A stretch of DNA of 64,000 nt from Macrostomum lignano (taxonomy: Eukaryota): positions 1-64,000 of the forward strand of contig NIVC01002180.1 in assembly GCA_002269645.1 (NCBI GenBank), given 5' to 3'. Below, piece after piece: positions 14,101-25,710 of this stretch; the stretch's first letter is position 1; each line of letters starts with the position of its first letter. Made by a program: the position numbers and the translations under genes. The notes below the pieces were generated by a model. The model saw only the letters and a list, made by a program, of their open reading frames with translations, was not told the origin of the DNA and did not search any database.

Positions 14101-17100
14101 TCCAACTGATAATCATCGCCCTCTATCCAACTGATAATCATCGCCCTCTATCCAACTGATAATCATCGCCCTCTATCCAACTGATAATCATGCCCTCTAT
14201 CCAACTATAATCATCGCCCTCTATCCAACTGATAATCACGCCCTCTATCCAACTGATAATCATCGCCCTCTATCCAACTGATAATCATCGCCCTCTATCC
14301 AACTGATAATCATCGCCCTCTATCCAACTGATAATCATCGCCCTCTATCCAACTGATAATCATCGCCCTCTATCCAACTGATAATCACCGCCCTCTATCC
14401 AACTGATAATCATTGCCAAACTGATACTCGCCAGGCATTCGACGAGCAGACTCTTCGGTTTCTTTTCTCCCTACCGATGCCGCACACCCTCGGCTCCGAG
14501 CTGGGCGACTCAACCGACCAACCCGGCGGTCGTACAGAATCTCCGACGCCTTCTCTGACCGCCGAGGAGACTGTCGACTATCCGGACGCCGTCGCCGTAG
14601 CCGTTGACACGGCCCGCAAGCGCCTAGTAGTGGTGTACGCCGACCACAGCCTGTACGCCTGGGACATAGCGGAGCCGACCCGGGCCAAGCGTATCCTAGC
14701 CCAGCACTATCACAACGGCTACGTATGGGGCGTTGACGCATTAAAATCTGCGGCCTGTCTGCCCGGCAATACCTTTGCCACCTGCGGCGCCGATAATACT
14801 GTCCGCTTGTGGAATCCACAGGGCGCTTTAGTGCGCGTTATCTACCTGTTGGATAGGCGCGATCTGCTGGTTGAGGATCGATTCGCCGACTTGCGTCGCG
14901 GCGGCGGCGTCAGCAGTAGCACTGGCGGCGGTAGCACCAGTAGGAGCGGCGGCTCCGCCTCGCCTACTAATACAGTTGGTGGCGGCGCCTCCACTGACGA
15001 CTCGGCCACGGCCGCTAGCGGAGTCCGCGCCGTCCGGTTCAGCGCCGACGGCCGCTGGCTGGCTATTGGCGACCGGTCCGGAAATCTGCGTTTATTTGCA
15101 CTGGAGAGCGGCGCACCCGAGGAGGCCGCCTGCGTTGAAGCTCACGACGGCGAAGTCCTACAGTTGGACTATTACCAATCCAGGTCACCTGCGGAGCCCG
15201 ACCTCTTGGTGTCGGCGTCTCGCGATCGACTTGTACATCTGTTCGGCATCGACAGCGTCGGCGGCGGCGGCCTGCAACTGCTGGCTACCCTAGACGATCA
15301 TTCCGGTGCCGTCTACGGCGCTCGCGTCGTTGAACTGGCCGACGGCAGTCGTCGATTAATCACCTGCGGCACCGACAAATCGTTGCTGCTACGTCGGCTA
15401 GACATGTCTGAACCTTGGTCGCCAAAGCTCAGCTTGGAGCACAATGTACAGAGCCGCTGCTCCCAGTACGCCATGGACTGCCATCGCCAGCTGCTGGCCG
15501 TTGCCTGCCAGGATCGCAGCGTCCGCGTCTACAGCGCCCTTAGCGGCAAACTGAGGCGCTCACTGCGCGGCGCCATGGGAGATGATGGTGCGTGCCTTTT
15601 TTGACAACTCTTTCTCTGCTGCTTTGATGCGTCTTAGCCTCTCAGTATTCTTGTGAATCTGCCCATCCGCTCCCTCAGTATCCTTGTGAATCTGCCTATC
15701 CGCTCCGCAGTATCCTTGTGAATCTGCCTCTCCGCTCCGCAGTATCCTTGTGAATCTGCCTATCCGCTCCGCAGTATCCTTGTGAATCTGCCTATCCGCT
15801 CCGCAGTATCCTTGTGAATCTGCCTATCCGCTCTCTCAGTATCCTTGTGAATCTGCCTCTCCGGTCCCTCAGTATCCTTGTGAATCTGCCTCTCCGGTCC
15901 CTCAGTATCCTTGTGAATCTGCCTCTCCGGTCCCTCAGTATCCTTGTGAATCTGCCTCTCCGGTCCCTCAGTATCCTTGTGAATCTGCCTATCCACTCTC
16001 TCAGTATCCTTGTGAATCTGCCTATCCGCTCTCTCAGTATCCTTGTGAATCTGCCTATCCGCTCTCTCAGTATCCTTGTGAATCTGCCTATCCGCTCTCT
16101 CAGTATCCTTGTGAATCTGCCTATCCGCTCTCTCAGTATCCTTGTGAATCTGCCTATCCGCTCTCTCAGTATCCTTGTGAATCTGCCTATCCGCTCTCTC
16201 AGTATCCTTGTGAATCTGCCTCTCCACTCCCTATATCTACAAAATCCTTTTCCCATACACTTTAGGCTCCCTAATCCACTGCGCCCTGGACCCATCCGGC
16301 TGTTTCCTGGCCACGGCCAGTTCGGACAAAGACGTCTGCGTGATAGATTTCCACACCGGACAGCCTGTGGCGGTGTGCCAAGGCCACTCGGAGTCTCCGC
16401 TTAGTCTGGTGTTTCTGCCCAATCTGAGATATCTAGTATCAACCGGAGCGGACGGTTGCGTGTTTGTCTGGCGCCTGCCAGTCTCCATGACAATGCGAAT
16501 GCGCCACAGGCTGTACGAGTCAAACAGCTACGCCAGCAATAGCTACGGCGAAAGCGAAGACTGCGGAACAACAGACGGCGCCGAAGATTCAGAAGAAGCT
16601 GAAAGCGCCTCGGAATTGGTGTCGTGCGCTGGTTCTCTGGACACCGGCCTAGTGCGAATTATGGGCCAAGCCGAGGCTGAAGGCTTCAGCTTGAATCTGG
16701 GCCTGCCCGCCTGGGCTCAGAAAAAGCTGGCAGCTGATCAGCCAGCCGCTGCTGGGGAAGCCTTCGCCCCGTTCCCGTTGTCTTCTTCGCCGCCGCCACC
16801 GCTGCTGCAGCCGCAGGCGCCCGCCCAGCAGCCGGATAGTGAGGATCAGCAGGAGAATTTCCCAATATTTGCCGTTATCAACTCCAGTAGAGAAGCGTCA
16901 GCAGCGCCGCAGTCCCGCATTGTCCGACGGGCGAAGAGCGCATCAGGGCTAGACGAAGACGATGGCGGCGTTGTTGAAGCTTCAGATCCTTCAACGCCAG
17001 TTGATGACGAGCCACTGAACGGAGTTGAGGCGTCGATGCCGCCGGTAGCTCCAGCGGCGTCGCTGCTTCTCGGCCTGGATGCCTCGGTGCTGCCCGGAGA

Positions 17101-19156
17101 CAACCCATCTCGGTGCAGTTTAAGCGCCAAATTTGCCGCCAACAGAAAGCAGCAGCCGCCGGCTGGTCCGCAGGCGCCATCTTCGTCTGCTACGCAACCG
17201 CTGGTTCGATCCCAGAGCCTTCGATGCCGTTCGGCCACGTCGGCCGCCGATTCCTCATCGATGGCTTCGCCTAGCGGCGGAGGCGGAGGCAAACCGCGGG
17301 AGAGCCTGGCCAAGATGGCGGAGGACACGCGGCGCCGGCTGCAGGCGCTCAGCGGCACCGAGCCGTCGTCCAGAGTGCGGCCGGGTCGCGGCAATCTGAG
17401 CCGTGAGGCCAGCCGCTCATCCGCCAGCCTTGGCATCAGGAGTCAGCAGGGCTCTAGCAGACGGCCCCAGTCGGTTGGCAAATCATCGTCAGCGTCAACA
17501 ACAACAATAGCGGCTGCACCAGCGACTTCAACAACAAATGCCAGCACGCGGCCGAGTGTCACCTTCGAGGTGCCATCGAAGTCGCCATCGCCGACACCGC
17601 TGCCGCTGCAGCAAGAAGAACAGCTTCAGCTGCAACAGGAAAAACTTTTAGAAGAAATCCAGCAAGGTGATAATTCGCACCTGTCCACCGCACAGGAGCA
17701 GCCGGAATCGGATGTTAACGAACCTCCGCCACCGATGATGCGAGCTCGCTGGGATCGGACCAGCAAGCTGACTAGGCGCCTAGCCAGACTCAGCTGTCCG
17801 GTCACGTCCGACGATGTTCAGGAAGCTCGTCGACTCTTAGCGGCTTCGTCGCCTTCAACATCGCCGACTCCGTCGATGCAGACGTCCACGGCGGCTCCAG
17901 TGGCGGCACCTACTGCCGAAAGCGCCTTTGAACCGGCCCAGCTCAGCAGCATCATCGATTCCGACGCCGCGCTCACTACAGCAACCGTGGCCCGACATGC
18001 CCTAGCTAGCATCGACGATGACTGTCAGTCAATGTCGCCTACTCGCGGATCCACCGTGTCGCCTACAGACTCCTTGGCTGAGAGTACTCACACCCTGGCC
18101 TCGGTGTCCTCCGGAGTCCCGGCTCACGTTGTCGTCGCTCCGGTGCCGGTCCTGCCCGTCCAGTTGGAGCCGGCAACGCCTGCTGCTCAGCAGCTTCTGC
18201 CACCAACCCAGATAGCTACGCCGGCTCCATCGGCGGCATCTTCGTCCAGCGCGTCAACAGTGGTGGCTGCGTCGGCCGCAAATTCAGCTTCGACATCGTC
18301 AGCTCGCGCCCGTGAGCACGTTATCGATGAGCACGAGGATATTGATGAGTCGGCCAGCACTGTCGCTGGGGTCAATCCGCCGGCACAGTCAACGGCGTCG
18401 TTATCGCCGTTCTCGTCAGCGACTAATTCGACTGCGTCGACGTCGACTTCGACGTCAGCCTCGGCCTCGGCCTCGGCTCTGTCCAGGCGGCCGCGCAAGC
18501 TGGATGTTAATAGCATGCTCAGCGGCATGCTCAACAATCGTCGGCGATCTGGCGCCGGTTCAGCGGCTGTTCGACAGCCGGCTGCTGCTCCTGCTGCCGT
18601 TAGCCACCAGCAGCAATCGTCGCTGCCTCCGCCAGTCCATCCGAAGCCATCCCCGTCTGGCGGTACTCAAAGTCGACATTCGCCGGTAGCGCCGCGCCAG
18701 CAGCAACAACAGCAGCAGCCACGTCGGCAGTCTTCCACCGCAGATCTGTCCGCACAAACCGATTGTCCGTCGACTTGTCCCCAGCTAGCGTTGGATAATC
18801 TTGATCAAGCGCTCGATTTGGCATTGATCTCATTAGACGGCGCCAACTCGCCGTCAGATTCTGTTGATGCGGAACTGCTGGCCAGGCTGGATGCTCGGTT
18901 TGGCCGACTGCGAGCTCGTCTGGGCATGCCGAGCCAGTGTTGCGCGGACAACCAGCTGGTTGAACGCCTTCTGTCCGAGTTCTGCGAACGAGCGCTCGGT
19001 CAGTTGAACGCCTCGGTGACTGGGACCGCCGCCACCGTCAATGCTAGTCGCGGCGGCGATCGACTGTTGGAGTCGACTTCCTCGTCGACTAACAGCGGCG
19101 GCGGCGGCGGCTCAACAGGTGGACCGGCGGCGCGTCGCCTGCCAGACAAAGCCTAG
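8173..19156 (+). CDS. MAPKBP1: MAPKBP1/WDR62-family WD40-repeat protein, 5 exons, about 1633 aa
   Basis: Exons 8173-8265, 10626-10909, 12108-12588, 14435-15587 and 16266-19156. All are GT-AG with matching phases (0,2,0,1), totalling 4902 nt. Motifs VSLERVLGLT, GHRYAISCLDFSP, FLFSLPMPHTLG, YHNGYVWGV, VEAHDGEVLQLDY, LVSASRDRLVHLF, GSLIHCALDPSG and GHSESPLSLVF match the family, followed by a long low-complexity C-terminus. MAPKBP1 versus WDR62 cannot be resolved by eye. Confidence 0.9.
8425..10450. repeat. Minisatellite, 34 bp unit (GTGTTAATCCCCTAGTGTGGGATTTTATCGAGTA), WD40 gene intron 1
   Basis: Tandem array with an internal inverted repeat AATCCC...GGGATT and recurring +AGAT variant units. 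Confidence 0.97.
10960..12050. repeat. Minisatellite, 50 bp unit, WD40 gene intron 2
   Basis: GAATTCCATTCAGTTGCACACCATCCAATGTCACTCAGCTGTGTATCATA repeated about 20 times, nearly perfectly. Confidence 0.97.
12625..14420. repeat. Minisatellite, 25 bp unit, WD40 gene intron 3
   Basis: CTCTATCCAACTGATAATCATCGCC, about 70 copies, ending about 15 nt before the acceptor at 14434. Confidence 0.97.
15640..16228. repeat. Minisatellite, 33 bp unit, WD40 gene intron 4
   Basis: CTCAGTATCCTTGTGAATCTGCCTATCCGCTCT tandem copies. Confidence 0.95.
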
Positions 19157-20067
19157 CAAATTGACTGTTCTACACTTTTGTTCCGTAAATTTAGTTGAAT
19201 TCAAATTCGGCATCGATTTTCTCTAATTTACCAAGCGAAAGTGTTGGATTATATCTTTCAATTCGAGCCTTCTCAATCTCGACTATAATTTTTGGCAGCA
19301 TAATACCGTGCACTGAATGGCAAACTGTAACAAGCGCAATGTATTAACAAACTGTTGTTACCGTTGAAGTGTCACTGAAAAAATATCAGTGCTCAATGCC
19401 ATTGTAGGTTAGTGAGATCCGCCCACTAGTGGTAAGTCACTTTTGCCAAGTCGAGATTGAAAATGCAGATTAGTCAAGCTAGGAATTGGATAGCCTGTGA
19501 TTCTGTTATCTTGAATTGAGCAATTAACTTGCAAGATCACCGCCTTCTCCCCCCTCTATTATAAAAATCCGAAATTTCCTACTACTGACTAGCTTTCACA
19601 CAGTTTGCAGTGCAATCTTCACGGCTTATATTTATTAATGAATCTTTGTCACTGTCTCTAATTTTGCGTTTTCTTCATTTATTACCTTTTTTATTCCCCC
19701 CACCTCGCGGCGACTGGTGGCTGTTTTTTTATTTGTTTTATCGGTTTGCTTACTTTCAAGGTAAATTTGAATTTGCGCTACAACAGCTTTTTGTCACTTT
19801 TTTTATTTTACACCTGTCATATATGCGTTATACTACTTACCTGCCCACAGCTGCCTTCTTAATAATCCGTTTATTAATCTTTGCGTCAGATATAGTCTTT
19901 ATGTCCTCGCTTTCAGATATCTTTTTTTCGTTATTCGGTCGCATTGTACTCGTAAATGAATCCATATAAATAAATCTAGTCTTCAAACCTGACGTTTGCC
20001 ACTTTCATTTCTGCTTTGCGACTATCAGTGCTATGCTGAATTATATGTTCTCTGATGGCTAAGAGTC

Positions 20068-21390
20068 TCTAGAATCGCCCCTGACATCCCCAAGAGAATT
20101 CTCTGAGACTGACTCCTTGGAATCGCCCCTGACACCCTCAAGAGAATTCTGAGACGGAATCCTTAGAATCGCCCCTGACATCCCCAAGAGAATTCTCTGA
20201 GACTGAATCCTTGGAATCGCCCCTGACACCCTCAAGAGAATTCTGAGACGGAATCCTTGGAATCGCCCCTGACATCCCCAAGAGAATTCTCTGAGACTGA
20301 ATCCTTAGAATCGCCCCTGACATCCCCAAGAGAATTCTCTGAGACTGAATCCTTGGAATCGCCCCTGACATCCCCAAGAGAATTCTCAGACTGAATCCTT
20401 GGAATCGCCTCTGACCTCCCCAAGAGAATTCTCTCAGACTGAATCCTTGGAATCGCCTCTGACACCCTCAAGAGAATTCTCAGACTGAGTCCTTGGAATC
20501 GCCTCTGACACCCCCAAGAGAATTCTCTGAGACTGAATCCTTGGAATCGCCTCTGACATCCCCAAGAGAATTCTCTGAGACTGAATCCTTGGAATCGCCC
20601 CTGACATCCCCAAGAGAATTCTCAGACTGAATCCTTGGAATCGCCTCTGACCTCCCCAAGAGAATTCTCTCAGACTGAATCCTTGGAATCGCCTCTGACA
20701 CCCTCAAGAGAATTCTCAGACTGAGTCCTTGGAATCGCCTCTGACACCCTCAAGAGAATTCTCAGACTGAGTCCTTGGAATCGCCTCTGACACCCTCAAG
20801 AGAATTCTGAGACGGAATCCTTAGAATCGCCCCTGACACCCTCAAGAGAATTCTGAGACGGAATCCTTATAATATCCCCCCAGACACCCTCAAGAGAATT
20901 CTGAGACGGAATCCTTAGAATCGCCCCTGACACCCTCAAGAGAATTCTGAGACGGAATCCTTAGAATCGCCCCTGACACCCTCAAGAGAATTCTGAGACG
21001 GAATCCTTAGAATCGCCCCTGACACCCTCAAGAGAATTCTGAGACGGAATCCTTAGAATCGCCCCTGACACCCTCAAGAGAATTCTGAGACTGAATCCTT
21101 AGAATCGCCCCTGACACCCTCAAGAGAATTCTGAGACGGAATCCTTAGAATCGCCCCTGACACCCTCAAGAGAATTCTGAGACGGAATCCTTAGAATCGC
21201 CCCTGACACCCTCAAGAGAATTCTGAGACGGAATCCTTATAATATCCCCCCAGACACCCTCAAGAGAATTCTGAGACGGAATCCTTAGAATCGCCCCTGA
21301 CACCCTCAAGAGAATTCTGAGACGGAATCCTTAGAATCGCCCCTGACACCCTCAAGAGAATTCTGAGACGGAATCCTTAGAATCGCCCTC
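20068..21390. repeat. Minisatellite, 46-48 bp unit
   Basis: CTGAGACGGAATCCTTAGAATCGCCCCTGACACCCTCAAGAGAATT tandem copies downstream of the WD40 gene stop. Confidence 0.95.
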
Positions 21391-22169
21391 TGCCCGGACG
21401 TCCTGATATATTCAGTTCATACTACTGTACGTTAGTAGCTGATCGGCTGAATTAAGCAACCTTGCCCGGACATGCACAGAAAGACACAGCTGCAGTTAAT
21501 ATATTTACTACTGAAATAAATTGTCTTCATGAATTTTTGTGTCCACTTGATTTGCCTACTTGGACCAGACTGGATCATGCTGCTTTTGTAAAGTTTGCTT
21601 TATTGGGTTTTTTAAACAACTTTTTGGTGCTGTTCGTTAATTGATTCTTTTAATTCTCTTAAACTCTCTGGTAACAATTCAAAACATGCAGTTTTGCCTC
21701 GAATTTTCTTTTTCTTCTTTTCTCTTCCTCGAAGATTGATTGATTTTTGGATAATTTAAATATAATATTCTTGCACATTATTACCTGTGTTGCCGTTAAG
21801 CCTATCTAGTCAAGCTTATTATATATAGCTATTATTACTGTTTTACGGTAATGACTATATAGACGTGCTTATTATTGAATCTATCTGTGTTTTCTGTGCA
21901 TCACATGTGCTTATTGTTTACTTTTGGGTAATTTTTTTCCGAAGGATTTTTTTAAGTTTTCGCGCGTTTGTGTAAGTATTGAGTAGTATAGAGCCTACAT
22001 GCGCCTAACATCCGAGTATCATTGTTTCTTAGAAAGAATACATTCTTATTATCAAAGGCGGACCTTCGAGAGTTGACTGACTTATGTTATTAATATTTTA
22101 CTTTTTATATCGTTTTCAAAAATATACACACTAGGGCTTTTGGGCACAGCTCAGTTGCAAGTTCACCTT

Positions 22170-22555
22170 GATCCTTCACATTGGACCGCCGCTATCACCC
22201 ACTGATCCTTCACATTGGACCGCCGCTATCACCCACTGATCCTTCACATTGGACCGTCGCTATCACCCACTGATCCTTCACATTGGACCGCCGCTATCAC
22301 CCACTGATCCTTCACATTGGACCGTCGCTATCACCCACTGATCCTTCACATTGGACCGCCGCTATCACCCACTGATCCTTCACATTGGACCGTCGCTATC
22401 ACCCACTGATCCTTCACATTGGACCGCCGCTATCACCCTCTGATCCTTCACATTGTGCCGTCGCTATCACCCACTGATCCTTCACATTGTGCCGTCGCTA
22501 TCACCCAATGATCCTTCACATTGTGCCGTCGCTATCACTCACTGGTCCTTCACAT
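22170..22555. repeat. Minisatellite, 34 bp unit
   Basis: TGATCCTTCACATTGGACCGCCGCTATCACCCAC, about 11 copies. Confidence 0.95.
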
Positions 22556-24887
22556 GATCCATCGATCACCGCTGACCTATCCTGCCTTAATTCACCGTTG
22601 ATAATAGTGACGAGTTGCTGCCTTAACACAGCGCTTATGTATTAGTTTTTTCCATGGTTAATTTTTATTTTCCTAGATTCAGCAGCACAAAGAATGATGG
22701 TCGCTAAGCCAATCTTGTTATTGAAATTCTGCTAGTTACTGATCCCCTCCTGGAAAGTAAAGTACATTGATTGTCGCCATTAAACCGAATTCTCAAGGCC
22801 AGTCTTTCCTTGCATGGAGTGTCTTGTGTGTTTATTCTTATTTTCCATAGCGACGAGTTTTTTTGTCCGTTGGGAGTTCTGGTTTTCTTTTTCAATTTTT
22901 TACTCCCCCCTATGGTTCATTGTCTGTGCAAGCATTGCCTAATAGCAGCGATTTCATACTAACTATAAACAGTTTTGTTGACCATAATTGAATTCAAGGC
23001 CCGTATCATCTTTTACACCCAGCTTAAATCACGAGGCTTCCCTAAGAAATGAATTATTATTCTAACACGCATAAAAATTATTACTTCTAATTGCAATTCA
23101 CAGATGCTTTTCTCTCCGACTTGTCTATACTATAGGCTTATGCTGATCAATGCGCGTAGAAAATAAACGTATGTTCGTTAGTGCTCACCCTCTGTCTCTA
23201 GGAGAGCAGCTTAATCTCACGGACCGGTTAAAGTAAATAAGCTTGTACTAGTTTATGTTGATGTCAAATATGATTTATGAAACTATAATGAGCCGCCATA
23301 GATATATATATTCCTTGTTACACCCCTTAACGCACTTCATATTTCTGATCATAGCCCTGTGGCGTGTTCTCTGCATTGATTCTATATTTCTATATCTCTA
23401 TTTAAACGCGTGTTTTGATATGCAAAAAAGTACAAACTGCACTCTAGCTACACTCGGTACTGTGTGAAATTAATTCGCTTTTCTTCTTTATTTGAATATT
23501 CTTTTAAGCATCGCATAGATATGCAATTAACAGCGCGTGACACAGATGTTATTTTTTTATTGCCTTGCTTATTTGCACCGAGTAATGTGCATGTATGGGT
23601 TGGACACCATAGATTTGATTTGAATCTGTGACTACAATTCATAATTCATAGTTGGCATCTTTTCAGAGTTTTGACCATATACTTTGCAGACAAGCCAGTG
23701 AGGGGGCGTTTCTCGAAACTCACTTTAACTTGGGTGTACTCGTAGACCTAAGTTGGAGAAGGCCTTGTAACAAGCCCAGAATATCGCACCGTGGCCTAGA
23801 CATTTAAGCACTCAAGACCGACTATTGAACCCCTCAATATAAAAACTTAGTCAATAACCTGCAGTGACTTTAAAGTTGTTGAACTTCTACTTACATGTAC
23901 TCGTATAGGCTGCTGGAAAGGCTCGCAAGCCGACTCTTCCGTCGGAACTCTGCTGCAGCATCGTAAAAGTACACAGAAAGTTGTTTCTCTAACGCTTCGT
24001 AAGTCTATGGCCAATAGTACAGACAATTGATATTCTCTATTCTAAAGTCAATTAGCACGGATATTAGCCAGAGTGCTTGCTCGCTTGAGGTTCTCACGTC
24101 ACGTATGACCGGATTTTTTAAGCAACTAAAAAACATGAGCAACAAACTGTATGCTCATGTAAATGATTTATGCATCGAGGCCGACAGGATATCTAAAGAG
24201 TTACTCCACAGGTATAGTCTCCCAAATGGCTTAGTAGTCAGGCGAAAAAAATCATTTAAAAGTCATCAAAATATTTTATTGTTATAATATACGCTCCGTA
24301 TAACTTGCAAGCGAGCATAAAAAACAATGATGAAATAGTTAGGTAATAAATACCAGGAAAAAGCCTTCAAAATTTAATTTTAAGGTAGTTATGTTGACCT
24401 CTGTCGAAAATAGACATGCATATAGTAAAATCAGGAGTACAAGCAAACACACCTTTACAAACACTAATAATGCTAGTATTAAGTACAACACGCGATAGCA
24501 ATTTTAATAAAAGTAAATAATATCGAGATTCAAACACAGCAAAGTATAGGCAATAAAAAACTGTATATGGAATGCAATCGAATTGAAGCTAAAACACGGG
24601 AGTTAATTTTCGTTGCTGAAACAATTATTAAAAAGTCAGAAGAGAAAATTAGTTGACTGCACGATGGGTCGGGCAAGTTTCTGGATTGTGAACTTTAGCC
24701 ACAGCTGTTCTGTTAAATTGAATCGATTTTTTGAAATTTAAAATGTTCAACAGAGAAAGCTGTGCAAGGAGTTGTGACTAAAAATAGGAAATTCCTGTCG
24801 TACAGAATCCGGCAACATTTGCAACACCCTTGGTATATAAAGTAGTAGTATAGTAGAAAGCAAGCAGGTCTTGGTGAAAACATACAT

Positions 24888-25044
24888 GCGCAACCTTGGG
24901 AATCACTCGGCCGTTTCTATTTGCAACACACACATGTAAGTCGCTATTGGCTTGAGAGCAGTCACGACTACTATTCCGTCCAATAGCGACTTACATGTGT
25001 GTGTGTTGCCAATAGAAACGGCCGGGTGAATCCCTAGGTTGCGC
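24888..25044. repeat. Fold-back inverted repeat (63-65 bp arms, 29 nt loop); MITE-like or hairpin RNA
   Basis: 24888-24950 is the reverse complement of 24980-25044 with four mismatches and a 2-nt CA indel. Confidence 0.85.
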
Positions 25045-25309
25045 CAAGCATGGGTGAAATTCTGCGCATGCATGCATTGGAAGGCAAAGGCTTAGAAATG
25101 GCTCAGCAATGGCAATGAGTCTGATAGTAACTAGATTATGTGCCACTGACTAAGATTTAAAATTCGTTTCTCCCTCGTCTCTCCCTCATGGCATTTTAGT
25201 TAAGCTATATTGAGGCTTAGGTTTTATTTGGTTTTAGAACGGAAAAATGCCGTTATATCATCTACGACACATACTACTAATTCAACAGGATATTATCTAG
25301 CCCAATGGA

Positions 25310-25606
25310 GGGGACGTAGCCTATGATCTAGCGCGACGCTCTGATGTGCCAGCGGCCCAGGCTCGATTCCAAATACAGTCACATTAATTTGCAATCATTG
25401 CCCTCGAGGGCCAACCGCAGGGCACAGTAAAAAAAGTTAGGGCCGCTGCACACTCCTGTGTGAGTGTGTGCCTGTGCGTATGACTGCGTACGTATCCGCG
25501 CGCTTGTGTGCCTGCTCAGGGGAGTCGGTGGAATGGGTGGGGGACAATGTCGCTTAAAGTGCGCCAGGGTGCACACAGCCACCAGCCTCGAATAAAAATA
25601 ATAAAA
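25310..25606 (+). mobile_element. tRNA-derived SINE, copy 1 (same family as 43948-44298)
   Basis: Degenerate A box (GTAGCCTATGATC), B-box-like GGCTCGATTCC, a body shared with the 44 kb copy (GTTAGGGCCGCTG...GCTTGTGTGCCTGCTCAGGGGAGTCGGTGGAATGG) and an A-rich tail. Confidence 0.75.
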
Positions 25607-25710
25607 TCTTACCCACTTTATTCTACTTATATATATTCTTTACTTGCTACTGAATAGTAAATAGGATGCGAAGCTGGCAATTTTAAAGTATTTTTATCCT
25701 GACTAATATT

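Noticed and set aside
16846-18833. Antisense and alternative-frame ORFs over the MAPKBP1 last exon (similarly over nkd 50598-51484)
   Set aside because: Expected shadow ORFs of GC-rich coding sequence.
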